A DNA stretch of 64,000 bases from an uncultured delta proteobacterium (GTDB lineage Bacteria; Myxococcota_A; Polyangia; Haliangiales; Haliangiaceae): contig CAWKDB010000002.1 of NCBI GenBank assembly GCA_963848295.1, positions 352,001 through 416,000 of the forward strand. The letters are read 5' to 3'. The translations under genes and the position numbers were made by a program. Below the pieces are notes generated by a model that saw nothing but the letters and a program-made list of their open reading frames with translations, was not told where the DNA came from and searched no databases. Numbering within the stretch: position 1 is the stretch's first letter; each line of letters begins with the position of its first letter. Shown here one piece after another: positions 20,161 to 30,469 of the stretch.

Positions 20161-20979
20161 ATGCAGCTGAGCGCACAGCAAGTCAGGTCGAAGACGCGCA
20201 ACGCCGTCCGGCGGCGCGAAGATCAAGTCGAGGACGAGGAGACGCAGAGCGGCGAGCTCAACCTCATCCCCTATCTCGACATGGTCACGAACCTCATGCT
20301 GTTCCTGCTGTTCTCGATCTCGGCGGGCATCGTGTTCACGCAGATCGACACGACGTTGCCGGACAAGGCGCCGCCGAATGCCACGGTGACGCAAGCGACC
20401 GATAACCCGGACGACAAGCCGCTCGGCCTCTTCGTCTCGATCACCACCGACCGCGTCCTTATCTGGTCGGTGTCCGGGCTCGAAGGCACGCTGAGCGCGC
20501 CGAAGCTGCAGCTCAACCGCACCGGCCACGACGGCGATCGTTGCGATGGCAACTACATGTGCGAGAACAACACGTGCGACGGCGATAGTCAGAGGTGCGT
20601 GGCGAGTCGCGAGCACCCGGCTCCAGCGCCGCAGCCGGTGTTCGATTACCGCGCGATCAACAAGACGCTGCACGACATCGCGAAGGCTAACTACAACGGC
20701 AAGCTGCGCAAGGCGAACACGTACGCGATCACGCTCCAGGCGTCGGACAAAGTGCCGTACGGTACGATCACCTCGGTGATGGCGGCGATGCGCTGCCCGA
20801 TGCCGGACTTCGGCAAAGAGGTCAAGGGCTGTCTGCTACCCGCCGACAACAAACAGATCAAAGCCGCGAAGAACCCGATCGACAAGGACAACTTCGCCTA
20901 CGACACGAATCGCGCTCCGTACGACGCCGACACGATGGCGCTGTTCAGCAACATCGGCTTCTCGTCGGGGTTCGAGTGA
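20161..20979 (+). CDS. aglQ: ExbD/TolR protein, AglQ-like, with Cys-rich insertions
   Basis: GELNLIPYLDMVTNLMLFLL with conserved TM Asp; ASDKVPYGTITSVM. Confidence 0.8.
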   Translation: MQLSAQQVRSKTRNAVRRREDQVEDEETQSGELNLIPYLDMVTNLMLFLLFSISAGIVFTQIDTTLPDKAPPNATVTQATDNPDDKPLGLFVSITTDRVLIWSVSGLEGTLSAPKLQLNRTGHDGDRCDGNYMCENNTCDGDSQRCVASREHPAPAPQPVFDYRAINKTLHDIAKANYNGKLRKANTYAITLQASDKVPYGTITSVMAAMRCPMPDFGKEVKGCLLPADNKQIKAAKNPIDKDNFAYDTNRAPYDADTMALFSNIGFSSGFE

Positions 20980-20983
20980 GCTG

Positions 20984-21565
20984 ATGGCGTTCACGCAGCG
21001 CGAAGCGCGCACCATCATCCGCAAAGCGGTCAACCGCGTCCCCGAGGGCGAGTCGATCCGCCACCTCAACATCATGCCCATGATGGACATGATGACGATC
21101 CTGCTCGTCGCCTTCATCTTCCAGATGGCGACGAGCGCGCTCGAGCTCACCGCGGGGACCGTCACGTTGCCCTCGACCGCGGTCGATTCGATCGTCGCCG
21201 AGAAGACGTGGATCCTCGTCATCACGCCGGTCGGCATCGTGATCGAAGGCGGCAATCAGGCGGCGCAGATCGTCTCGGTCCACGACGGCGATGTCGACGC
21301 GAGCGAGAAAGAAGGCGGCCAGCTCGGGCTCAAGATCACGCGGCTGACCCAGTTCCTGGCGTCGCTCCATCAGCAGGAAGCGGCGGCGGCGCTCCGCGAG
21401 GGCGGCGACCCCAACGCCCCGCAGGAGATGCTGGTCATCGCGGATCGCACGATCCCGTACCGGCTGCTGGTCGAGGTGATGTACTCCGCAAACCGAAAAG
21501 AAGCCGGGTACAACCATTTTCGGCTGATCGTCCAGAAGAGCTTCCCCGCTAGACCCAACAGGTAG
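20984..21565 (+). CDS. aglS: ExbD/TolR protein, AglS-like
   Basis: LNIMPMMDMMTILL; IADRTIPYRLLVEVMYSA. Confidence 0.82.
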   Translation: MAFTQREARTIIRKAVNRVPEGESIRHLNIMPMMDMMTILLVAFIFQMATSALELTAGTVTLPSTAVDSIVAEKTWILVITPVGIVIEGGNQAAQIVSVHDGDVDASEKEGGQLGLKITRLTQFLASLHQQEAAAALREGGDPNAPQEMLVIADRTIPYRLLVEVMYSANRKEAGYNHFRLIVQKSFPARPNR

Positions 21566-21615
21566 TCCCGAGCTCGGGGCTAGCCTGGGGCTGCGGCTGC
21601 GCTATAGTCGTAGGC

Positions 21616-22308
21616 ATGAAGCTCGTAGGCGAACGCAGAGCCTTTGCCGCCGCGGTGTTCGCATTCTTCGGCGTCCTCTACCTGATCCAGGCGCTACTCG
21701 GGGACGGCTCGACCGCGCGCGTGATGTGGGCGATCGCCGGCTGCTATGGACTGGCGTTCTTCTCGCTCGTCGCCGGCTATTTCTGGGCGCGCTGGTTCTC
21801 GGTTGGTCTCGGCTTGTTCGGCGTGCTCGTCGCAGCCGCCGGGGTCTATCAGATGGGCCCCGAACCGATGGTGCTGATCATCGGCGGCCTTCACCTCGGC
21901 GCGACGCTGAGCCTGTGGGGATCGACGATGGCAGGCAGCTACGACGGCCAGACCGCGTGGCGCGAGCGTTACCACATGGACGACAGCGCGGTGCAGCGGC
22001 TCGGCCGTTCGGTGATTCGCGCGGGTGTCTCGCTCCCGATGGTGCTGATCTATGCGTTCGCTCCGAAGCCGGGCAGCGCGGTGCTCGGCTTCGCGGCATT
22101 CGGCCTCGTCGCGCTCGGCTTGCGCGCCACGGTCAAGCTCAGGACCTGGGGCGTCGTCGCGCTCGGCGCGGCCGGCGCGCTGATGGTGATGCTCGCCGGA
22201 ATCGACGCCTCGGCCGGCGGCGACATCCTCGTGCCGTCGCTCGCCGGTGGGTTGCTGATCTCCGCGACCGTGCCGTTCGTTCGTCCGATGCTCCGCTCGC
22301 TCGTTTGA
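21616..22308 (+). CDS. Hypothetical polytopic membrane protein
   Basis: About 7-8 hydrophobic segments; host-like codons. Confidence 0.75.
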   Translation: MKLVGERRAFAAAVFAFFGVLYLIQALLGDGSTARVMWAIAGCYGLAFFSLVAGYFWARWFSVGLGLFGVLVAAAGVYQMGPEPMVLIIGGLHLGATLSLWGSTMAGSYDGQTAWRERYHMDDSAVQRLGRSVIRAGVSLPMVLIYAFAPKPGSAVLGFAAFGLVALGLRATVKLRTWGVVALGAAGALMVMLAGIDASAGGDILVPSLAGGLLISATVPFVRPMLRSLV

Positions 22309-22339
22309 TCGCGGGCGCAGAGCGCGCTACCGTCGAGCA

Positions 22340-22909
22340 ATGGCGACGACTTTGCGGCTAGCCGTGCTCGGTCTCGCGCTAGCGTGCTTCGGCACGATGG
22401 GCTGTCAGCCGCTCTATGGCGCGAAGCCCGAGAGACTGCGGAACCCGGAGAGGAAGCGCAGGCCGCCCGAGGCCGAGACCAAGGCGCCGGAGATCAAGTA
22501 CGTCGAGGAGTGCCAGGCAGACTTCCGAGAGGATCCGAAGAGGATGCGGATCGTGGCGCAACCGACCGTCGCGCGCCAGCTCATCCAGGTCGGAGATGAC
22601 GCGATGGCGGGCGCAGAAAAGGCGAAGGACGACAACGCCAAGGTCGGCTTGTGGAAAGAGGCGATCAGCAAGTACATCAACGCGCTGGTCAAGGACCCGT
22701 ACAACGTCGATGCGACGCTCGACCTCGCGCGCGCCTACGACCGCTTTCTACGCAAGGGCTGTGCGATCGCGATGTTGAAGCGACTCGCGACGATCTCGAT
22801 GTATCCGAAGCTCTCGACCGACGCGAACCACGCGATCGACTCGATCGGCGACAATGCCGGTTGGTTCAAGGGCTATCGCAAAGACGCGATCGCCGCGGTT
22901 GGACGCTAG
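22340..22909 (+). CDS. Helical TPR-like lipoprotein (paralog 1)
   Basis: Signal with Cys (TMGC); AL.KDPYNVDAT..LA.AY...RKGC. Confidence 0.75.
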   Translation: MATTLRLAVLGLALACFGTMGCQPLYGAKPERLRNPERKRRPPEAETKAPEIKYVEECQADFREDPKRMRIVAQPTVARQLIQVGDDAMAGAEKAKDDNAKVGLWKEAISKYINALVKDPYNVDATLDLARAYDRFLRKGCAIAMLKRLATISMYPKLSTDANHAIDSIGDNAGWFKGYRKDAIAAVGR

Positions 22910-22911
22910 CG

Positions 22912-23532
22912 ATGCGCCGCGCCCTGCTCGCGCTCTTGCTCTCGGTCGGCTGTCACGCTCAGGGCGAGATCACGGCGCCACCGCCACCGCTTCGCCCTGA
23001 AGCCGAGGCGCCACCCGAGACCGAGAAGAAGGTCGCGAAGGACTGCGAGCCCACCGATCCGTCAGAGGAGCTCAAGCCACTGCCGTTCGATCAGCGCTCG
23101 ATTCCAGAGGGCATCAACATCACGAACGGCGGGATCGCCGATCTCAAGCTCGCCAACAGTCACGAGGTCGATCGCGCGACCAAAGAAGACAAGATGGTCC
23201 AGGCGGTGACCGAGCTCAAGACCGCGCTCAAGGCGGATCCGTACAACATCCAGGCGACGTACGAGCTCGCCGCGGCCTACGCGCAGATCGGGCGCAAGCA
23301 GTGCTCGATCAATCTGCTCACTCGCCTGCTGCAGATGACGCAGCATCCGTTCAAGCACGCCGAGGTCGAAGCCGAGATCGATCGGTTGCTCGGCCGGCAC
23401 CAGCAACTCGATCCGGACTTCGCGTCGCTGCGCGGCGATGACCGGTTTCGCGTGTTGATCGAGAAGATGTGCGCCGGCACGAACGACCCCAACTGCGTGT
23501 ACGGCGGACAGAAGTCCGGCCGCGAGCGATAG
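22912..23532 (+). CDS. Helical TPR-like lipoprotein (paralog 2)
   Basis: Lipobox SVGC; ALKADPYNIQATYELAAAY...RKQC. Confidence 0.75.
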   Translation: MRRALLALLLSVGCHAQGEITAPPPPLRPEAEAPPETEKKVAKDCEPTDPSEELKPLPFDQRSIPEGINITNGGIADLKLANSHEVDRATKEDKMVQAVTELKTALKADPYNIQATYELAAAYAQIGRKQCSINLLTRLLQMTQHPFKHAEVEAEIDRLLGRHQQLDPDFASLRGDDRFRVLIEKMCAGTNDPNCVYGGQKSGRER

Positions 23533-23638
23533 GCCCCCAGCGCGACACCGGCGCTACGCCGACGCCGCAGGCCCCGGCTAGCCTGTCGCCGCTGATCAAT
23601 TGATCAATTTCGCCGTCCGACGTATGAACGTCTCTCCG

Positions 23639-24463
23639 ATGCGAACCCTCGTCGTCGTCGCCGCCTTCGCTTCCGTCCCTGCTATCGCCGGTGCGACCCC
23701 TCCGCGGGTCGCGAGGAAGCCGTCGGCGTGCGGCGTGAAGATCCTGCCGCTGGTCGAGGGCAACTCGTGGACCTACGAGCCGACGCCAGCACCGCGAGCC
23801 GCGCCGCCGGACATCACGCGCATCTCGCCGCCGCGCGCCGATGCCCTGACGATCACCGTCAAGAAAGTCGAGACCAAGGGTCCGGACACGACCGTCACCC
23901 TCGAAGAGAAGACGACGTACAACCGGCCGAGCAAAGATCCGAAGAAGCCCGTGACCGACGAGCGCACGATCACCACGACGATCACGTGCAACGCAAAGAA
24001 GTTCGAGATCTCGCCCGACAGCTTCTTCTTCGCCGGCGAGCCCGGCGGTGCCGCCGGAGTGAAGCTCGATACGATCGAGCGTCCGAAAGATACGAGCTGG
24101 AAGCTGACGAACGGCGGCATCGGCGACGCCGATTGGCGCGAGGATGTGATCGCTCACTGGACGCGGATCGCCACCCCGGGCTCCGACGCTAACCTCGGCA
24201 GCGGCAAGCTCTGGCTCGAGCGCGTGTTCACGCCGCAGCCGAAAGAATCGGTCACGACGAAGACCGGCCAGTACACGGCCGAGAAGATCGGCATCTCGGT
24301 CACCGGCCGGGTCGCCCTCGACGGCGCGCCGCCGGACATCAAACCGATGGAGCTCCCCGCGGGCTGGCTCGATACCGTTTGGCTCGCCGACGGCGTGGGG
24401 GTCGTGCAGGTGCTCAACGCGTACGCGCAGCAGTACACGCTCGTCGCGTCTGCGGTGCAGTGA
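23639..24463 (+). CDS. Secreted beta-rich hypothetical protein (TapB/DUF3108-like pattern)
   Basis: Signal peptide; PLVEGNSWTY at the N-terminus and VWLADGVGVVQ at the C-terminus. Confidence 0.7.
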   Translation: MRTLVVVAAFASVPAIAGATPPRVARKPSACGVKILPLVEGNSWTYEPTPAPRAAPPDITRISPPRADALTITVKKVETKGPDTTVTLEEKTTYNRPSKDPKKPVTDERTITTTITCNAKKFEISPDSFFFAGEPGGAAGVKLDTIERPKDTSWKLTNGGIGDADWREDVIAHWTRIATPGSDANLGSGKLWLERVFTPQPKESVTTKTGQYTAEKIGISVTGRVALDGAPPDIKPMELPAGWLDTVWLADGVGVVQVLNAYAQQYTLVASAVQ

Positions 24464-25617
24464 CCGCACGTTGGCGGCTGACCAAACCGCTGCGCGAACG
24501 AATCGCCGCCGGCCATCCGTGGATCTACGACCGCGCGATCGCAGGTCCAACCGCGCAGCCCGGTGACATCGTCGAGATCGTCGACGACAAGGGGCCGGTC
24601 GCGGTCGCGTTCGTCGATCCGACCTCGCCGATCCGCGCTCGCGTGCTCGCGACTGGCGAGCCGGACTCGGTGACCGCGACGTGGACGATCTCGCGCGCGC
24701 AGGCCGCGGCGGCTCGCCGTACCCGCGATCCGCTGCTCGCCGGCTGCACCGGGCTGCGGCTCGTCCACGGCGAAGCCGATGGCTGCCCCGGGCTCGTCGT
24801 CGACCTTTATGCCGACACCGCGGTGATCGTGTTCGACGGGGCCGCCGCCGCGGCGTTCTGGCGCCCGCGTCTATCCGACGTGCTGATCGGGCTCGAGCGC
24901 GGCGGCCAATCCGTCGCGCATGCCTGGCTGCGCGGTGAACGACGCGAGCGGGGCGCGGGCGAAGCCGTCCGCGGCGATCCGCCTGCTGCCATCGTGATCG
25001 CCGAGGACGACGCTCGGTTCGCGGTCGACGTCCGCGCCGGTCAGAAGACCGGGTTCTTCCTCGATCAGCGCGACAACCGACGGACGATCGGTCGTCACGC
25101 CGCGGGCGCGTCGGTGCTCAACGTGTTTTCGTATACTGGCGGGTTCTCGCTTCACGCGGCGATCGGGGGCGCGAGCAGCGTCACCTCCGTCGACCTTGCG
25201 GCTCCCGCGATCGCCCAGCTCGCGGCGAACCTCGAGCTATCTCAGCTACCCACCGCCGCCCACGAGCTCGTCGTCGAGGATGCGTTCGAGTTCCTGGTGC
25301 GCGCGCGCCGGCAAAGCAGGCAATGGGATCTCGCGATCGTCGATCCCCCGAGCTTCGCTCCGAACGAACGCTCGAAGCCCGCTGCGCTGCGAGCGTATGA
25401 ACGACTCGCCGACGCCGCGCTCGCCGTGATCGCGCCCGGCGGCCGATTCGCGCTGGCATCGTGCTCGAGCCATGTCTCCGAGGCCGACCTGATCGGGCGG
25501 TTGGAGCGCCCCGACCTCCGGCTGCGCCAAGTCGCGAGCGCGGCCTCCGATCACCCGGTGCTTCCGGCCTTTCCGGAGGGGCGGTACCTCAAATTCTTGT
25601 TGTTCGACGTGGGCTGA
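24460..25617 (+). CDS. rlmI: RlmI-family SAM-dependent rRNA methyltransferase
   Basis: GHPWIY, GEADG.PGLVVD, GQKTGFFLDQRDNR, FSYTGGF, DPPSFA, SCS, DHP..FPEG.YLK. Confidence 0.88.
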   Translation: MTARWRLTKPLRERIAAGHPWIYDRAIAGPTAQPGDIVEIVDDKGPVAVAFVDPTSPIRARVLATGEPDSVTATWTISRAQAAAARRTRDPLLAGCTGLRLVHGEADGCPGLVVDLYADTAVIVFDGAAAAAFWRPRLSDVLIGLERGGQSVAHAWLRGERRERGAGEAVRGDPPAAIVIAEDDARFAVDVRAGQKTGFFLDQRDNRRTIGRHAAGASVLNVFSYTGGFSLHAAIGGASSVTSVDLAAPAIAQLAANLELSQLPTAAHELVVEDAFEFLVRARRQSRQWDLAIVDPPSFAPNERSKPAALRAYERLADAALAVIAPGGRFALASCSSHVSEADLIGRLERPDLRLRQVASAASDHPVLPAFPEGRYLKFLLFDVG

Positions 25618-25789
25618 CTCCTGAAGAACAAATTGGGCCGGGACTTACCAACCACCGGGCGTTCCCCTGACGTAATCGCCAGTTGCCTTCGTGGGGTGAA
25701 CCGGCCCCAGCGTGCAACCTGCAGGCAGCAATTCCCCGAGGGAAAATCAGCGCTTGACGCGCTGACCTACATCTCGCTACACAACCGCC

Positions 25790-27961
25790 ATGAGCGCGAC
25801 TCGTTGGCCGTTGATCCTGTTGTTGGCCGTGACGGCGTGCGCGAAGCATGCGAACAACGGCGAGCCCGATGGCCCGACGTTGCCGCAATGCTCGGATGGC
25901 ATCGACAACGACGGCGACGGCAAGATCGACTACCCCGACGACCCGGGCTGCCTCGCGCCACAACAAGACGACGAGACCGACGATTGCCCGGACGGACCGA
26001 ACTGCCCGCAGTGCGGGAACGGCAAGGACGACGACGGCAACGGGCTGATCGACTACCCGAGCGATCCGGGCTGCACCGCAGCATCTGACCCGATCGAGTT
26101 CACGTTCAACGCCGAGGCCTGCGGCTCGACGATGACCGTCAAGCAGTTTCCCACCACCGGCGTGGACATGGGCGGTACGGACTCCGGCGTACTCGATCCG
26201 GACACGAGCTCGTCGATGCTGAGCTCGACCTGCGAAGCGACGAGCGGCGTCGGCGCGGTCGCGTACGTCATCATGCTCGATAAGCCGATGGTCGTGACCG
26301 CCACGAGCATGGGGACCGCGAACATCGTGTCGATCCGCTCGGTCATGTGCACCGACGCCACGGCCGAGCTCGCGTGCAGCCCGGCCGTGAGCGGCACCTC
26401 GACCGCGACCGTCATCAAGGCGCTGCCCGCGGGCGTGTATTACGTCGTCGTGGAGCTCGGCGTCGTCGGCGGCACCGGCGGCTACGAGCTCACCGTGACG
26501 ACCGCACCCGGCGCCGGCACTGTGTGCACCGGCCCGACCGACTGCGGCCCCGGCCTGGTCTGTCACCCGAACCCGAACGGTGGCAGCGACATGGTGTGCG
26601 AGCCACCGGCGTGCAGCGACGGCATCGACAACGACGGTGACGGCAAGATCGATTACCCGTACGACCCGGGCTGCACGTCGCCCGCTGACGACGACGAGAC
26701 CGACGACTGCCCGAGCGGGCCGAACTGCCCGGCGTGCAGCAACGGAATCGACGACGACGACGACACGTTCACCGATTGGCCGTCGGACACGAGCTGCCAC
26801 TCCGCGTCCGACGCGAGCGAAACCTGCACCGACAGCGAAGGCGTCGTCGAGCTCACGACGATGGTCACGCAGGGCACGACGGCGACCGCGACCGATGACT
26901 TCCAACCGGCCTGCGCGGAAGAGACCGGCGGCGCCGACCTCACCTACCGGATCGACGTGCCCGCGCTCACCGCGCTCACGATCGACGTCCAGTCCGATGA
27001 CATCTATCCGGTTGTGGAGCTCTTGAACTCCACGTGCGGCGGCACCGCGATCGAGTGCGAAGAGGAAGCGGACATCGTGAGGGCCGCGGTCGCAGCCGGG
27101 ACCTACTACATCGTCGTGGACGACGACTACGGCGACGATACCGGCCCGTTCACGCTGAACGTGAGCGGAACGATCAAGAACGGCGCGAGCTGCGAGAGCC
27201 AGCTCGCACAGAGCGGCGCCCTCGCCTGCAGCTCGGGCTACGCGTGCAAGGGCACGGTCGGTTCGCGCGTCTGTGCGATCGCCGCGTGCGCCGACGGGAT
27301 CGACAACGATGGCGACGGCAAGACGGACTACCCGTTCGACCCAGGCTGCGATTCGCCGTCCGACGACGACGAGAGCGATACCTGCCCGGGAGCCGGGTGT
27401 CCGGTGTGCAGCAACGGCCTCGACGACGACGACGACACGCTGACCGACTTCCCGGCCGATTGGGGGTGCGACTCGGCCGCGGGCGCGAGCGAGGTGTTCT
27501 GCACCGGTGAGATGGACGTCAAGACGCTGATCGCGGCACACGCGACAGCGGGTACGACCGTCGGCTCGAGCGACGACTTGACCTACACCTGTGGGTTTGC
27601 CGATGACGGCGATGTGTCGTACGGGTTGTCGCTGCCGGTACCGGTGGCCTCGTTGCAGATCGACACGACTGGCTCGACGACCGACACCGTCCTGCAGGTG
27701 CAAGACGCGAACTGCGCGACCTCGCTGGCGTGCAACGACGACGAGGACGTGGACAACGGGATCTACTCGTCGAAGATCGTGATGACCGACGTCGCCGCCG
27801 GCAACTACGCGATCAACGTCGACGCCTACGACGCCGGTCCGTTCACGCTCAACGTCAAGGGCACGGTCGCGAACGGCACCGTGTGCACGTCGCCGCTGTT
27901 CACGGCAGGCGTGCTCGTCTGCCCGACCGGCAAGACCTGCACCGCTGGCAAGTGCCAGTAG
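25790..27961 (+). CDS. Cys/Asp-rich modular surface lipoprotein (three modules of paired DxDxDG repeats plus a PPC-like domain)
   Basis: Lipobox VTAC; six C.[DN]G.D[ND]D.D repeats; three GxYxxxV..GxxxL.V beta-sandwich segments. Confidence 0.85.
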   Translation: MSATRWPLILLLAVTACAKHANNGEPDGPTLPQCSDGIDNDGDGKIDYPDDPGCLAPQQDDETDDCPDGPNCPQCGNGKDDDGNGLIDYPSDPGCTAASDPIEFTFNAEACGSTMTVKQFPTTGVDMGGTDSGVLDPDTSSSMLSSTCEATSGVGAVAYVIMLDKPMVVTATSMGTANIVSIRSVMCTDATAELACSPAVSGTSTATVIKALPAGVYYVVVELGVVGGTGGYELTVTTAPGAGTVCTGPTDCGPGLVCHPNPNGGSDMVCEPPACSDGIDNDGDGKIDYPYDPGCTSPADDDETDDCPSGPNCPACSNGIDDDDDTFTDWPSDTSCHSASDASETCTDSEGVVELTTMVTQGTTATATDDFQPACAEETGGADLTYRIDVPALTALTIDVQSDDIYPVVELLNSTCGGTAIECEEEADIVRAAVAAGTYYIVVDDDYGDDTGPFTLNVSGTIKNGASCESQLAQSGALACSSGYACKGTVGSRVCAIAACADGIDNDGDGKTDYPFDPGCDSPSDDDESDTCPGAGCPVCSNGLDDDDDTLTDFPADWGCDSAAGASEVFCTGEMDVKTLIAAHATAGTTVGSSDDLTYTCGFADDGDVSYGLSLPVPVASLQIDTTGSTTDTVLQVQDANCATSLACNDDEDVDNGIYSSKIVMTDVAAGNYAINVDAYDAGPFTLNVKGTVANGTVCTSPLFTAGVLVCPTGKTCTAGKCQ

Positions 27962-27964
27962 CGG

Positions 27965-28423
27965 CTATGCGGCGCTGACCCGGCCCCGGCGTCGACCTTC
28001 GCGTCGCAACGCCTGCGCGCGGGCGTTCATCTCGCGCTCTTCGGCGTCGGTGCGGTGGTCGTAGCCGATTAGGTGACACAGCCCATGCGACGCGAGATGG
28101 ACGAGCTCGGCGTACAGCCCTCGCTTCGCTTGCCGGCGCGCGGTGTCGACCGAGATCACGATGTCGCCGAGGAGATCCGGATCGGCGGCGACGGCCTCGC
28201 GCTGCGCGAACGCCAGGACATCGGTCGGCTGATTCTTGCCGCGAAATCCGCGGTTGAGCTCGTGGATCGCGCGATCGTCGGTCAAGCGGAGCGCGACCTC
28301 GTAACGCGCACGCCCGTCGTGGCGTGCCACGGCCGTCACCATCCGCGCGACCTCGCGCCGCAAGCGCTGTCGCAACGCCGCCGGCAACGCGAGCCCGCGG
28401 TCGACGCCGAGCGACAGGCTCAT
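27965..28423 (-). CDS. ybeY: rRNA maturation endoribonuclease YbeY
   Basis: LN..FRGK..PTDVLAF, LGDIVIS, HGLCHLIGYDH. Confidence 0.94.
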   Translation of the reverse strand: MSLSLGVDRGLALPAALRQRLRREVARMVTAVARHDGRARYEVALRLTDDRAIHELNRGFRGKNQPTDVLAFAQREAVAADPDLLGDIVISVDTARRQAKRGLYAELVHLASHGLCHLIGYDHRTDAEEREMNARAQALRREGRRRGRVSAA

Positions 28424-28430
28424 CACCGCC

Positions 28431-30466
28431 TCATCGGGCGCGCGGCTTCTTTTCCCAGACGCGCGCGCCGACGAACACATCGAACAACTCGACGTCGAGC
28501 TGGCCGCGCTTGACGTCGCCGCCCAAGATGTCGAGCGCCTTCTCGACCGGCATCGCCTTCTTGTACGGGCGATCGCTGGCGGTCAGCGCGTCGTAGATGT
28601 CGGAGATCGCCATCATCCGCGCCGGCACTGGAATCTGCTCGCCGCGCAGCTTGCGCGGATAGCCCGAGCCGTCGAGCTTTTCGTGGTGCGCTCCGGCGAT
28701 CTCGGGCACGTCGCGCAGCGTGCGGCTCCACGGAATCTTGCGCAGGAAGTTAAACGTGTGGACGACGTGGCTGTTGATCTCGAGTCGCTCGTCTTCGGTC
28801 AGCGAGCCGCGTCGGATCTGCAGCGAGCTGGCCTCGATCGGGCTGAGGAACGGCAGCATCGCGCCGTTGTCGTCGTTGTAGGACATCCCGGCGATCACCG
28901 CGATGCGCTCGAACCCGCCCTGTTCGAGCACGGTCGGCTCGTTCGACGCGAGGATGAACTTGATGATGTCGTCGAGCTCGGCGACCTTCGCGACCACGTC
29001 GCGATCGGCGGTCGCGAGCTGCTCGGCGATCTCGTCGCGCGACGCCTCCATCAGGTAGCGCACCCGGCGCTCGAGGCCCTCGATCTGATAGCCGCGCTTG
29101 ATCAGCTGGAACCGCTGCTGGATCAGCTCGCGCTCGTGCTCGTAGAGCTTCTTCGCTTTGACCAGCACGACTCGCGGACCCCGACCTTGCCGAAGTCGTG
29201 GAGCAGGGCCGCGTACTCGATCTGCGTGAGGTCGTCGCGCGAGAACCGGACGTCGCGATACGGCCCGGTGTCGGCGCGGTTGATCGCCGCGCGCGAGGCC
29301 GACGGTGAGCTCGCGACGCGCTCGGAGTGGCCCGAGGTCGTCGGGATCGCGAGACTCGATCGCGCTGACCGACGCCTTGACGAAACTATCGAACAGCGTC
29401 TTGACCTCTTCGTAGAGCAAGACGTTCTCGAGCGCGATCCCGGCTTGCGATGCCAGCGCCGAAACGTACGCGACCGACACGTCATCGAACGGCACGACGC
29501 CATCTTCGAAATCCGCCGGCTGATCGAGCGCGATATAGCCCTTCGCACGCTTGTTGATCAGCTGGATCACGCCGATCACCTCGGCGCGCGCCGAGATCAT
29601 CGGCACCGCGAGCACGCTGCGCGTCTGGTAACGGTACTTGTCGTCGAACGCGCGGTCGTGGATAAACCCACGTGGGTTGTTGCCGGTGCCGGGCTCGTCG
29701 AGGCTGTACAGATCTGGCACGTTGATCACGATCGCCGGACATCACGCACGAACCGACGATCGACGACGCCGACACCGGCATCGTGAACCCAGCCGGCTGG
29801 ACGTTGCGCGAGTCGTTCTGCGACACCGCGAACAGCAGCTTGCGCTTTCCGACATCCTCGTCGTGACCTTCGACGATATAGACCGAGCCCGCATCGGCCG
29901 ACGCTGACCTCGCAGGCACGCTTGAGAATGATCGCGAGCAGCGAACGGATGTCGCGCTCTTGCGAGAGCGCCCTGCCGATCGAGATCAACATATCGTTCT
30001 CGTGTCGCGACCGCTCGAGCTCGAGCTCGAGAGCCGCGGTGCTGATCCGCAAGCCGATCGCATCGGCGCGATTGCGCAAGGTGAGCAGCAACCGCGTCAT
30101 CGAGATCGGCGACGTCAGCGCGGTCAGATCGACATCGACCAGGTCGCCGTGGACATCGGGACGCTTACCCGCGCTCTGTTGTGGCGACGCACCGGCGTCG
30201 AGCTGCGCCTCTTCGAGCTCTCGATCGTGACCGACCACGATCAGGCCATAGTTGCCGGACCGAGCACGGATCAAGTGCGGCAGCATCGCGCCTCGATCGC
30301 GCCAAACCTCGGGCCAGACCAGGACCAGCATCACCGCCGTACGTGAACGTTGCGAGCTCGTCTCGAGCTCGATCCAACCTTCGCCCTGGCGGCGCACGCG
30401 GTAACCGACCATCCGGCGATCGCGCGCGACTGCGTTCACCAGATCATCGGGGGTGGCCACCACCAT
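28431..30466 (-). CDS. GAF + HD-GYP cyclic-dinucleotide phosphodiesterase, split by about 6 frameshifts (probably assembly errors)
   Basis: Fragments across frames: [65 protein letters not shown]. Confidence 0.8.
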
Positions 30467-30469
30467 GGC

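Noticed and set aside
25713..25726. TGCAACCTGCAGGC, similar to the sigma54-like site at 54273
   Set aside because: The -24 position reads TG rather than GG, and the site points antisense into rlmI
25880..27480. Repeated ~60-nt units that could resemble a CRISPR array
   Set aside because: In-frame coding repeats with synonymous variation and irregular spacing; no cas genes
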